A DNA stretch of 64,000 nt from an uncultured delta proteobacterium (GCA_963842085.1 CAWJET010000001.1:2848001-2912000), one strand, 5' to 3'; positions 1 to 11,246 are shown, counted from the stretch's first letter. Numbers and translations: made by a program. Notes: generated by a model from the sequence alone, not told the origin.

Positions 1-474
1 CACCTCGGCGAGCACGTCGATCGGAAATGGAAACGCGACGTCCTTGATCAAATCCATCGAGCCGCGCGCCTGGACCGCGTCGAGCAGGTAATCGACGATG
101 TTCTGAATCCGGGGCTGCAGTCCGTCCACGACGGGCGGCGAAAAAAAAGTGTTCATCAGCTTGCGCAGACGCGTGTGGTCGGGAGGATTGCGAAAAACGA
201 TCGCATGCTGCAGCGCCTCGCGCATCGACTTGAGGCCGTCGTCGGGCGGGAAGGCGTCGAGCGCGTTGAGATCGAAGGCGAGGAAGCGCTTGTCGCGCAG
301 AACGTCGAGGCAGTTGTCGTAGCGCGTAGAAAGCCAGAATCCAATCGGGGTCCGCAGGAGAGGGTGGCGCGTGCGCAGGAATCTGTAGAGCGGATAAGGA
401 TTGGCCGAGAAGAGACGGCCGTACATCCGGCTGGCAACGCGGCTAACGCGGGCAAAGGTAGTCGAGGAGGCCAT
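1..474 (-). CDS. Cytochrome P450, N-terminal part (runs off window edge)
   Basis: Not in ORF track. Manual translation from ATG at 474: ...ANPYPLYRFLR...TRYDNCLDVLRDKRF...NPPDHTRLRKLMNTFFSP...DLIKDVAFPFPIDVLAEV, typical bacterial P450 N-terminal motifs. Confidence 0.9.
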   Translation of the reverse strand, partial: MASSTTFARVSRVASRMYGRLFSANPYPLYRFLRTRHPLLRTPIGFWLSTRYDNCLDVLRDKRFLAFDLNALDAFPPDDGLKSMREALQHAIVFRNPPDHTRLRKLMNTFFSPPVVDGLQPRIQNIVDYLLDAVQARGSMDLIKDVAFPFPIDVLAEV

Positions 475-858
475 TAGTTATGCGTCCGGCAGTATATTTG
501 CACGCGCTATTGATTGGAACTGCGGTAGATTCCGGTGGGTGGATCGGGCGGGGAAAGGGCATTTTATACCACCTGTTGTGGTTCACTGAAAGGCCAACCA
601 CCATCGGTAGCTTCGTTCCGTCAAAATTAATATTTCTGAAGCGGAAGTTGCCTGATGGTGAAGCATGGGCAGCGGCGAGGAAGTTTTCGTGAGAGTGGCG
701 TCCATACGCATTGATAGCACGTCGGGCGCGGCGCGGTCAGGCTGAATAGTTCATCGCTGAACTGGGGGGGCTCACAGGGGGAAGAGAAGATGCGGATTCT
801 CTGCCGCTCAGCTTGAACACGGCTGGTTACCCGAAGCTCAATCGCGCGGCACAGTTGT

Positions 859-895
859 CTCTCACGCTATCCCTCTCCCAACGAACGGGCGAGAG
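859..895 (+). repeat. REP-like palindromic element (CTCAC..CCCTCTCCC..GGGCGAGAG)
   Basis: Similar to intergenic copies at 9613-9648 and 27951-27989. Confidence 0.55.
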
Positions 896-987
896 AACCG
901 GACGGCAGCGGCCAGCCAGTTCCGACTTGGTAGCGATCTGGATTGCGTGGTATGGGGTGAGTCGAAACGCGATACGAGGAGATAGAT

Positions 988-2148
988 ATGTCGGTGAAGA
1001 TCGAAGGTACGTGCGAGCCGCGGTTTAACAGCGTGCGTGACATTTTTGCGAATAGCTTTGAACATGACCTCGAAGTGGGGGCGGCGGTTGCTGCCGTCGT
1101 GGATGGGAAACCGATCTTCGATTTGTGGGGCGGGTTCGCCGACAAGGCTAAGACCAAGCCCTGGACGCGCGATACGCTCGTCAACGTTTACTCGACGACC
1201 AAGGGGATTACGTCGATTTGTGCGCATCGGCTGGTCGATCAAGGCAAGCTCGATCTTGACGCGCCGGTGTCGAAGTACTGGCCCGAGTTTGCGCAGGCCG
1301 GCAAGGAAAAGATCCCCGTAAATTATCTGCTGAGTCATCGCGCGGGACTGCCCGCCGTAAGAAAGCAGTTACCGATGGACGCTTATACGAACTGGCCCGT
1401 GATGTGTGCGGCGCTGGCGGCGCAGGAGCCGTGGTGGGAGCCGGGCACTGCGCACGGCTATCACGCGATCACATTCGGCTACCTGGTCGGCGAAGTGATT
1501 CGGCGGATCACGGGCAAGACGCCGGGAACTTACCTGCGCGAGGAAATCGCGGGGCCGCTCAAGCTCGATATCCATATCGGCGTGGATGCGAGTTTCGACC
1601 CGCGAATCGCGGAGCTGATTGGTGCCCCGCCGCCACCGCCGGGCAAGCCCGATCAGATCGCGGCGATGAGCGCCGATCCGGAATCGATGACCTACAAGGC
1701 GATCGCGAATCCACGGCCGGTGGTCGATCCCGCGCTGGTGAACAGCCGCGCGTGGCGCGGTGCTGAAGTTCCGGCCGCAAATGGGCATGCTACTGCGAGA
1801 GCGCTCGCGGCATTGTACGGCGCGCTTGCGACCGGCGGCGAACTCAACGGTTATCGCGTGCTGACGCCGGCGAGTATCAAGCGCGCGCATACGGAACAGG
1901 CCAACGGCCCCGATCTTATTCTCGGGGTTGTATCGCGATGGGGTTTGGGGTTTCAGCTCAATCAGCCGGTGGCGCCGCTCGGGCCGAATCCGCGGACGTT
2001 TGGACATTCGGGGGCTGGCGGCTCGATTGGATTTGCCGATCCGGACGCGCGCGTCGGTTTTGGCTACACGATGAATCAGATGGGCTCCGACCCGCTGATC
2101 GACGGGCGCGCGGCGGCGCTGTTCAACGCGATGTTCGCGGCGTTGTAG
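988..2148 (+). CDS. Serine hydrolase, beta-lactamase class C / family VIII esterase-like
   Basis: SxxK (YSTTK), LLSHRAGL, HGYHA, FGHSGAGGS; GAGGAG RBS upstream. Confidence 0.9.
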   Translation: MSVKIEGTCEPRFNSVRDIFANSFEHDLEVGAAVAAVVDGKPIFDLWGGFADKAKTKPWTRDTLVNVYSTTKGITSICAHRLVDQGKLDLDAPVSKYWPEFAQAGKEKIPVNYLLSHRAGLPAVRKQLPMDAYTNWPVMCAALAAQEPWWEPGTAHGYHAITFGYLVGEVIRRITGKTPGTYLREEIAGPLKLDIHIGVDASFDPRIAELIGAPPPPPGKPDQIAAMSADPESMTYKAIANPRPVVDPALVNSRAWRGAEVPAANGHATARALAALYGALATGGELNGYRVLTPASIKRAHTEQANGPDLILGVVSRWGLGFQLNQPVAPLGPNPRTFGHSGAGGSIGFADPDARVGFGYTMNQMGSDPLIDGRAAALFNAMFAAL

Positions 2149-2197
2149 AACATTCTTCGGCGCGCTAGCGCCGGAGAATAAATCCGCTTTTATCTTA

Positions 2198-2264
2198 AGT
2201 GAAACCCGCCTTGGGTTTCGCACTTCCTTGGGCAGGGGTGACCCGGGATTATCCCTGCACCCAA
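2198..2264 (+). repeat. Dispersed two-hairpin element, copy 1
   Basis: GTGAAACCC-N5-GGGTTTCGC then TTGGGCAGGG...CCCTGCACCCAA; matches 53540-53597. Confidence 0.75.
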
Positions 2265-2295
2265 GGTTAAATAGCGGAAGATGCGGGCTCCAGAT

Positions 2296-2336
2296 AAAAC
2301 GATGCCGCCCGTCTTACTTCGGCGGGCGGCCGTTTT
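2296..2336. terminator. Probable bidirectional intrinsic terminator
   Basis: AAAACG-at-GCCGCCCGTC loop GGCGGGCGGC-CGTTTT between convergent genes. Confidence 0.6.
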
Positions 2337-2354
2337 GTCCCTCTTTGTCTGAGT

Positions 2355-3221
2355 TCAGACTCCGGCCGACTTGTATAGCGCGCAGCGCAACTTGAAGAAG
2401 TGCGCCATCGAGGTGAGGTAGCGGACGCGCCATGCCGCCGCCATCTTGCCCTTGCTGAGATCGAGGCCGTGGCGCGGTCCGATCATGTCGTAGGCCATCT
2501 TTATCCGGTGGAACAGATCGTCCGAGGAACCCGGGTCGGGCTGCGTAACGCCGCCGATCAGTTTGATCGATTCCGGGCTGTAGGCTGCCAGCGCGACCAG
2601 GCTGTCGGCAAACAGCTCGTCCTCTTCCGCCAGGTGATTGGCGAACGCCCCTTCCATGAAGGCCGTGTGGTCGGCTTTCTCTCCGACCAGCGAGCCGTAA
2701 ATGTAGTGGCCCAGTTCATGGCCGAGAGTCGCTGCCACGGCGCCGGGATGATGGGCCGTGTTGACGAAGATCACGAACTTGCTTTTCTCGCCGACGTCGG
2801 CGCGGCAGTAAAATCCACGCAGCGACAGCCCCGCGCCCGTGCGATATGGCTCGGCACGCAGTTCGAGCTCGCGCGGACCGAACAATTTGCCGAGATGACC
2901 GAGCAGCTGCGGGCTGCCGAGATCCGCCAGGCTCCCGTATGTCGGTGTGTGCTGCTTGATGTCATTCTCGACGATCTGCGCCAATTCCTTGGCCAGAGGC
3001 TTGGACGGAAGCGCGGGCACATCCACGTAATCGGCGGAGAGAATCTTTTTCAGGTCGGAAAGCTGATGGAGGACCCGGGTCCCGAGCGAGTTGAACGGAA
3101 CCTTGATCTCGCCGAGCAGCTTGGAAACGAGATGGTCAACTTCACGAGTTACCAGCGCGTCCGGTTCTCGCGACGATATCCGTCTCGCCAGGGCTGGCGA
3201 TGAGGCCAATGCTGCGCTCAT
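2355..3221 (-). CDS. ImmA/IrrE-like zinc metallopeptidase
   Basis: VIFVN...TLGHELGH (HExxH) followed by EDELFAD third-ligand motif; no N-terminal HTH. Confidence 0.7.
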   Translation of the reverse strand: MSAALASSPALARRISSREPDALVTREVDHLVSKLLGEIKVPFNSLGTRVLHQLSDLKKILSADYVDVPALPSKPLAKELAQIVENDIKQHTPTYGSLADLGSPQLLGHLGKLFGPRELELRAEPYRTGAGLSLRGFYCRADVGEKSKFVIFVNTAHHPGAVAATLGHELGHYIYGSLVGEKADHTAFMEGAFANHLAEEDELFADSLVALAAYSPESIKLIGGVTQPDPGSSDDLFHRIKMAYDMIGPRHGLDLSKGKMAAAWRVRYLTSMAHFFKLRCALYKSAGV

Positions 3222-3653
3222 AAAACGACCATCGGGACGACCTTACAAGCCCGTCGGCATGATCGGCACGCTATACTAAATGACTGGTACTGCTTTTCAA
3301 AACCCATCTAACTCGCGTTAATTGAGCAAATCGTATGCCACACTACCTATAGATAGTGCGATTAAATGCCATACCAGTAATGGCGTGGAGAACTTCGTTA
3401 TGCGGCGTTTCTGCAACCCAACAAGGGCACTTTTGAACCAAAGGCTCGACGGGGAGCCAGCCGGAGGTGTCCGAATGCTCCGGCCGCTCGCACCGCCGCA
3501 GATAGGCGTCGAGGGCGACGCCGAGGCATGCTTCGACCGCGCCGGGGTCCAATCCGGCATCGCCGAAGTGATCTGACTCTCCCGCATCATCGCGCCCGTG
3601 GCGCTTTGCAGCGCGAATTTGCTTTGCCCGACGCGGCCATGAGCCACATTGTC

Positions 3654-3663
3654 TAACCGGTTA
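3654..3663. promoter_or_regulatory. Perfect palindrome TAACCGGTTA, LacI-like operator candidate
   Basis: Central-CG palindrome in the divergent region upstream of glgX, downstream of a minus-strand TTGACT at 3673-3678. Confidence 0.4.
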
Positions 3664-3837
3664 CCTACAACCAGTCAAGCCCTTCACTACGAACTGTAGG
3701 ACAGTTTTAATAACCATTTTGATGCAGTCGGAACCCGGCGGCGTTATTCGCCGGCCGTTATCCGACCCACGAAAGCGCCCACAAATCGCAACGGTTGCCA
3801 CGATCGTTGCGGCTTGCCATTAGTGTTCAGTTTCAAA

Positions 3838-5973
<2,136 letters not shown>

Positions 5974-6055
5974 CGAGATCTGATTGTTGAATCAGGGGGA
6001 CTCGCACGGTCTATACTGCAACACAGGCAGCTGTTCCAGGCGGGAGAATCTCGGG

Positions 6056-7705
6056 ATGATCGACTTTCGAACCGAACCGTCCGCATACCGGCATTGGCGC
6101 TTGAGCTTCGCCGGGCCGGTCGCGACGCTGGCGATGGACGTGGACGAAAAGGGCGGCCTTGCGCCGGGCTACGAGCTCAAGCTCAACTCCTATGACCTCG
6201 GCGTCGATATCGAGCTCAACGACGCCGTGAATCGGCTTCGCTTCGAGCATCCCGAAATAAAATGCGTGATCGTCACGTCGGGCAAAGAGCGCGTGTTCTG
6301 CGCCGGCGCGAACATCAGGATGCTCGGCCTGTCGAGCCATCCGTTCAAAGTGAATTTCTGCAAGTTTACCAACGAGACGCGCAATGCGATCGAAGACGCG
6401 ACGCTCAACTCGGACCAGTACTACATGACTGCGATCGGCGGGGCGTGCGCCGGCGGCGGCTACGAACTCGCGCTCGCGACCGACTATATAATGATGGCGG
6501 ACGATGGTTCGACCAGCGTTTCGCTGCCGGAGGTCGCATTGCTCGGCGTGCTGCCGGGCACCGGCGGACTGACCAGGCTGGTCGACAAGCGCCGCGTCAG
6601 GCGCGACCGCGCGGATTTTTTCTGCACAACAGAGGAAGGACTGAGGGGCAAGCGGGCGGTGGATTGGCATTTGGTGGACGAAGTCGTACCGCGCTCGCAA
6701 CTCATGGAGTGGGCGTCGCAGAGAGCGCTCGAATTCGCGGCGCGTTCAGCGGGTTCTACGCCTCCGCGTGGGATATCGCTCGGCCGGCTCTCGCGCGAGG
6801 TCGCGGAGCGACGGATTAAGTATGCGCACTTGACGATCGACATCGATCGCGACAATTCCACTGCGGCGTTCACTGTCGAGGGTCCGGAGAACCAGGCCCC
6901 GCGCCGGGTCGAAGATGCTCGCGCGATTGGAGCGGACTTCTGGCCGTTGGCGATTGCGCGCGAACTCGAAGACGCGATCCTGCATCTGCGCTTCAATCAG
7001 GAGACTGTCAGGACTTGGATCTTTCGCACGCGAGGCGATCCGGTGCTGGTGCAGTCGCACGACGCATTCCTCGACGCCAACGCTGATGACCGGCTGATCC
7101 GTGAAATCCGGCTCTACCTGAAGCGCACGCTGAAACGGCTCGATGTCAGCTCGCGCTCCGTCTTCGCGTTGATCGAGCCGGGTTCGTGCTTTTGCGGAAC
7201 TCTGCTGGAGCTGGCGCTGGCGTCGGACCGCGCGTACATGCTGCGCGGACTGCGGGAAGGTGACGAGTCGATGCCGGCGAGCATCGGCCTCACGGAAATG
7301 AACTTTGGCGCGACGCCGATGTGCAACGGCTTGACGCGGCTGGAGAGCAGATTCCAAGGCACGCCCGAGCGCGTCGAGGAGCTGCGCGGCAGGATTGGCG
7401 AGCAGATCGATGCATCGTTGGCAGAGCAACTGGGACTGGTTACGTTCACGCCCGACGATATCGACTGGGACGACGAGGTCCGCATTGCGCTCGAAGAACG
7501 CGCGGCGTTCTCGTCGGACGCGCTGACCGGGATGGAGGCTTCGCTCCGATTCGGCGGGCCGGAGACGCTCGAGTCAAAAATATTTGCGCGTCTGTCGGCG
7601 TGGCAGAACTGGATCTTTCAGCGCCCGAACGCGGTCGGTGAAAAAGGCGCGCTGAAACTCTATGGCACCGGAGCGCGGCCGGAATTCGATCCGAGGAGGG
7701 TCTGA
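6056..7705 (+). CDS. boxC: 2,3-epoxybenzoyl-CoA dihydrolase (BoxC)
   Basis: LKLNSYDLGVDIEL, FCAGANI, LPGTGG, LSAWQNWIFQRPNA; start placed at ATG 6056 after GGGAGA; overlaps boxB start. Confidence 0.93.
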   Translation: MIDFRTEPSAYRHWRLSFAGPVATLAMDVDEKGGLAPGYELKLNSYDLGVDIELNDAVNRLRFEHPEIKCVIVTSGKERVFCAGANIRMLGLSSHPFKVNFCKFTNETRNAIEDATLNSDQYYMTAIGGACAGGGYELALATDYIMMADDGSTSVSLPEVALLGVLPGTGGLTRLVDKRRVRRDRADFFCTTEEGLRGKRAVDWHLVDEVVPRSQLMEWASQRALEFAARSAGSTPPRGISLGRLSREVAERRIKYAHLTIDIDRDNSTAAFTVEGPENQAPRRVEDARAIGADFWPLAIARELEDAILHLRFNQETVRTWIFRTRGDPVLVQSHDAFLDANADDRLIREIRLYLKRTLKRLDVSSRSVFALIEPGSCFCGTLLELALASDRAYMLRGLREGDESMPASIGLTEMNFGATPMCNGLTRLESRFQGTPERVEELRGRIGEQIDASLAEQLGLVTFTPDDIDWDDEVRIALEERAAFSSDALTGMEASLRFGGPETLESKIFARLSAWQNWIFQRPNAVGEKGALKLYGTGARPEFDPRRV

Positions 7706-9135
7706 TGCCGATCAACTATTCCGAGCGAATTCCCAACAACGTGAATCTCACCGACGACCGCCGCCTGCAGCGCGCGCTCGAAGCGTGGCAGCCCGGCTTT
7801 TTGCAATGGTGGAGCGAGATGGGACCCGAGAATTTTCAGGGCTGCGACGTGTATCTGCGGACTGCGACTTCGACCGACGCGCAGGGCTGGGCGACATTCG
7901 GATACGTCAAGATGCCGGACTATCGATGGGGGATTTTTCTGGCTGACCCCGAACCCGATCGCCGGATTCCGTTCGGAGAGCATAAGGGAGAGCCGGTCTG
8001 GCGCGAGGTGCCGGGTGAACATCGGGGCGTCCTGCGCCGCCTTATCGTCACGCAGGGCGACACCGAACCCGCGTCGGTCGAGCAACAGCGGCACCTCGGC
8101 AGGACATGCCCGTCGCTCTACGACCTGCGCAATCTTTTCCAGGTCAACGTGGAAGAAGGGCGCCATCTATGGGCGATGGTCTATCTGCTGCAGGCCTACT
8201 TCGGACGCGATGGCCGCGAAGAGGCCGAGGCCTTGCTCCGGCGCCGGTCGGGGAACGCCGACAACCCTCGCATCCTCGGCGCGTTCAACGAGAAGACGCC
8301 AGACTGGCTGTCGTACTTCATGTTCACGCATTTCACCGACCGTGACGGCAAGTATCAGCTCGCGAGCCTGGCCGAATCGGGATTCGATCCGCTGGCGCGC
8401 ACCTGCCGCTTTATGCTGACCGAGGAGGCGCATCACCTGTTCGTTGGCGAATCGGGAGTGAGCCGGGTAATCAGCCGCACCTGCCAACTGATGAAAGAGC
8501 ATAACACTGGGGTAGTAAGTGAGTACGGTGGGATCGACCTCGCAGTTATTCAAAAGTATATAAACTTTCATTACTCAGTCTCGCTTGATCTGTTCGGCTC
8601 GGAATTATCGACTAATGCAGCCAATTACTACAGCGCAGGTCTGAAAGGGCGCTTCAAGGAAACCGACAGAGACGACGACCATCAACTCAAGCGAAGCGGT
8701 TACTCGGTATCGAAGCCGGTCAATGGAGTAATCATTCAGACCGAGCAGCCTGCGCTGATTGCGTTGAATGAAACTCTTCGCGACTCCTACATTGCCGACT
8801 GCGAGCGGGCGCTGGCGCGATGGAACAAGATTATTCGCGCGGCGGCGATTGGCTTCGAGCTCAAGCTGCCGCATCGGGGATTTCGGCGCTCGATAGGCGA
8901 ATTCGCGGGCGTCAATGTGACGCCGGACGGAAAGATAATCACCGAGACGGAATGGCAACAGCGCAAATCGGAGTGGATACCGACCCAGGCCGACCGCGAA
9001 TTCGTGGCATCGCTCATGCAGCCTTTCACCGCGCCCGGTCAATTCGCGGGCTGGATCGCGCCGCCCGCGCGCGGCATCAACCATCAAGCGCTCGACTTCG
9101 AGTACGTGACCGCATTGCCAACAGAAGCGAATTGA
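7705..9135 (+). CDS. boxB: Benzoyl-CoA 2,3-epoxidase subunit B (di-iron)
   Basis: IPNNVNL, QGDTEPASVEQQ, EEGRH and EEAHH di-iron ExxH motifs. Confidence 0.95.
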   Translation: MPINYSERIPNNVNLTDDRRLQRALEAWQPGFLQWWSEMGPENFQGCDVYLRTATSTDAQGWATFGYVKMPDYRWGIFLADPEPDRRIPFGEHKGEPVWREVPGEHRGVLRRLIVTQGDTEPASVEQQRHLGRTCPSLYDLRNLFQVNVEEGRHLWAMVYLLQAYFGRDGREEAEALLRRRSGNADNPRILGAFNEKTPDWLSYFMFTHFTDRDGKYQLASLAESGFDPLARTCRFMLTEEAHHLFVGESGVSRVISRTCQLMKEHNTGVVSEYGGIDLAVIQKYINFHYSVSLDLFGSELSTNAANYYSAGLKGRFKETDRDDDHQLKRSGYSVSKPVNGVIIQTEQPALIALNETLRDSYIADCERALARWNKIIRAAAIGFELKLPHRGFRRSIGEFAGVNVTPDGKIITETEWQQRKSEWIPTQADREFVASLMQPFTAPGQFAGWIAPPARGINHQALDFEYVTALPTEAN

Positions 9136-9144
9136 TCGACACGC

Positions 9145-9176
9145 TTGACTCTGGACTATGGTCAAGGGTCTATCGT
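9145..9176 (+). promoter_or_regulatory. MerR/ZntR-type promoter-operator
   Basis: TTGACT-20 bp-TATCGT with dyad ACTCTGGAC-tatg-GTCAAGGGT overlapping the spacer. Confidence 0.8.
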
Positions 9177-9185
9177 GAGGCACAA

Positions 9186-9605
9186 ATGACGATTGGCCGA
9201 GTAGCTAATGCGGCGGGAGTGAGCATAGACACGATCCGCTTCTACGAGCGGCGGGGTTTGATAGCAGGACCGCGGCGGAGCGTTTCGGGTTACAGGAACT
9301 TTTCCGAAGACGTGCTCGATCGCCTGCGTTTCATCGGCGATGCGAAGCGGCTCGGATTTACCCTGAAGGAAATCCGGGAGTTGCTGTCGCTGGGCGTGAA
9401 ATCGACGACCGAATGCGGCCCGGTCACGCGAAAAGCGGAAGCGAAGTTAGCGGAGATGAACCAGGAAATCGGCCGCCTGCAGCGCCTGCGGCTCACGCTG
9501 CGCCAGATGATCGAGGAGTGCGGCGGGAATTGTGCAGCGTCGTATAGGTCGGTTGGAGAAGCTCCCAGAAGCAGAATCTTAAATCGCGCGAAAAACGCGC
9601 GCTGA
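9186..9605 (+). CDS. MerR-family heavy-metal-responsive regulator
   Basis: MTIGRVA..TIRFYERRGL..GYR..LGFTLKEI; Cys77, Cys112, Cys116; true start lies inside ORF 8820..9605. Confidence 0.9.
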   Translation: MTIGRVANAAGVSIDTIRFYERRGLIAGPRRSVSGYRNFSEDVLDRLRFIGDAKRLGFTLKEIRELLSLGVKSTTECGPVTRKAEAKLAEMNQEIGRLQRLRLTLRQMIEECGGNCAASYRSVGEAPRSRILNRAKNAR

Positions 9606-9612
9606 GTAAGGA

Positions 9613-9648
9613 CCCTCACCTTCATCCTCTCCCTTGCAGGGAGAGGGG
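9613..9648 (+). repeat. REP-like palindromic element
   Basis: CCCTCACCTTCATCCTCTCCC-ttgca-GGGAGAGG. Confidence 0.65.
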
Positions 9649-9694
9649 AAGAGAAGCGGCCCGGCCGCAGATCGGAGTGCGAGAGGAGACGCGC

Positions 9695-9922
9695 ATGGAA
9701 GTTGTTATTTACACGAATGCAGGGTGCTCGGCCTGCGCTCAGGCGAAAGAGTTTCTCACGCGGCACAACGTCAGCTACATCGAAAAGAGCATCGCCAAAG
9801 ATCCCTCGCTTATCGATGAGCTGGCCAGCCTTGGTTTTCGCGCGGTTCCCGTTATCCGCGTCGGCAACGAAACGATGCTGGGATTCAGCGCGGTGAAGTT
9901 GAGGAGGATGCTCGGACTGTGA
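9695..9922 (+). CDS. Glutaredoxin/NrdH-like redoxin
   Basis: VIYT..CSAC..AKEFL, AVPVI, LGFS; GAGGAG RBS. Confidence 0.88.
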   Translation: MEVVIYTNAGCSACAQAKEFLTRHNVSYIEKSIAKDPSLIDELASLGFRAVPVIRVGNETMLGFSAVKLRRMLGL

Positions 9923-11246
9923 GGGACTGCGGCTCGAGCGCGAGCGGTTGCGCGGCCGCAGTCGCTTGCTGAATCGCGGAGACGGGATGGGCGCAGTCGG
10001 TCGCGAACCAATACGCTGCGATGTATCCGGTCAGCAGAGCGATGAAGCTGGTTTCCTCGAGCGCGCGCGCCAGCCATGGGAAGTCGAGCTGAAACCCGGT
10101 CGGCGGCGGCACCAGGAAGCGGTTGAAGACGCGCAGCGAAACCGCGCTGAGCATGTAGCACAACGCCGCCATCCAGACGGCCCGCGAGCCGGACCGTCCA
10201 TCGGCCTCGGATGTGACCATTTGCACGAACGGAAGAGTCAGTAGCAGTAGATAGTGATGCCATCCGACAGGTGACAGCATGATCGCCGTCGCAATCCACA
10301 GTGAGTATATTCTCCAGTCAGAATCGCCGCGGTTCGTATCGGACAGCGTCGCACGAATAGTCACTCCAAATACTATTAAGTCTGCGACGGCGATGCAGGT
10401 GCGTCTGACCCAATCGGCCGGCGAGCCGGCGGCGGTACCAGTAATCGCCCAGAACATCCGCGACACGAATGGCGCGAGCGAAAGATTGTCCACCCGCTTC
10501 ATCATTGAATAGTCAGTGACCCACGCCGCGCCGTGAACGAAGCTGAGAGATTGCGCGAGCCCCAACGTCGCGACGGTCACGACTACCCCTGCCGCGACTC
10601 CGCACGTCGCAAACGCAACCGCCCGCCATTTCCGACGAATCGCAAAATAGCCGACGAGCAAAAGCGGATAGGCCCGCAACAGCCCGGCCGACGCGATTAA
10701 CAAGCCCGCGGCGCCGTCGCGCCGGCGTTCCATCGCGCGCATTGCGCCGGCCATCAGCAGCAGGATTATGAGCTGCGACTGCCCCCAGTAAAGATTCAAA
10801 TTCACCGGCGCCGACATCAAAATGAGTCCCGCCAGCAACCACGCCGTGCGCCCGGAAAGCCCGCGCCGATATGCCAGCAACAGGTACATCGCGGCTGCCA
10901 ATGCCGAAAAGTTGATTGCGGACCAGAGCCAGAATGCGAACCGTGGCCGCAACCAGGTTAGTGGCTCGAAGCAGACCAGAAACGTCGGCGTGTCGGAGGC
11001 GTAAATCAGACCGCCGGTCTCAAGGCCGAGCCGGGCGGCGATCGGCGTCAAATCGGAACGGTAAGGGTCGATTCCATGCCGGAGCGCCCACGCCGATTCG
11101 TACTTGTCCGAGAAGTCGCGGCCACGCCATTGTGCGCGCATTTTCGTCAAGGTGCCGGTCAGGATCAGGAGCGCGCAGAGCCAGACGACAGCCAGGATCG
11201 CTGGCTGACGCATCGCGGCAGCGATTCGTTCACCGTTCACGCCCAA
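9885..11246 (-). CDS. Glycosyltransferase family 87 (DUF2029-like) membrane protein; start uncertain
   Basis: Polytopic; DFS, NLYWGQ, LSPVGWHHY motifs. Confidence 0.75.
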   Translation of the reverse strand: MGVNGERIAAAMRQPAILAVVWLCALLILTGTLTKMRAQWRGRDFSDKYESAWALRHGIDPYRSDLTPIAARLGLETGGLIYASDTPTFLVCFEPLTWLRPRFAFWLWSAINFSALAAAMYLLLAYRRGLSGRTAWLLAGLILMSAPVNLNLYWGQSQLIILLLMAGAMRAMERRRDGAAGLLIASAGLLRAYPLLLVGYFAIRRKWRAVAFATCGVAAGVVVTVATLGLAQSLSFVHGAAWVTDYSMMKRVDNLSLAPFVSRMFWAITGTAAGSPADWVRRTCIAVADLIVFGVTIRATLSDTNRGDSDWRIYSLWIATAIMLSPVGWHHYLLLLTLPFVQMVTSEADGRSGSRAVWMAALCYMLSAVSLRVFNRFLVPPPTGFQLDFPWLARALEETSFIALLTGYIAAYWFATDCAHPVSAIQQATAAAQPLALEPQSLTVRASSSTSPR

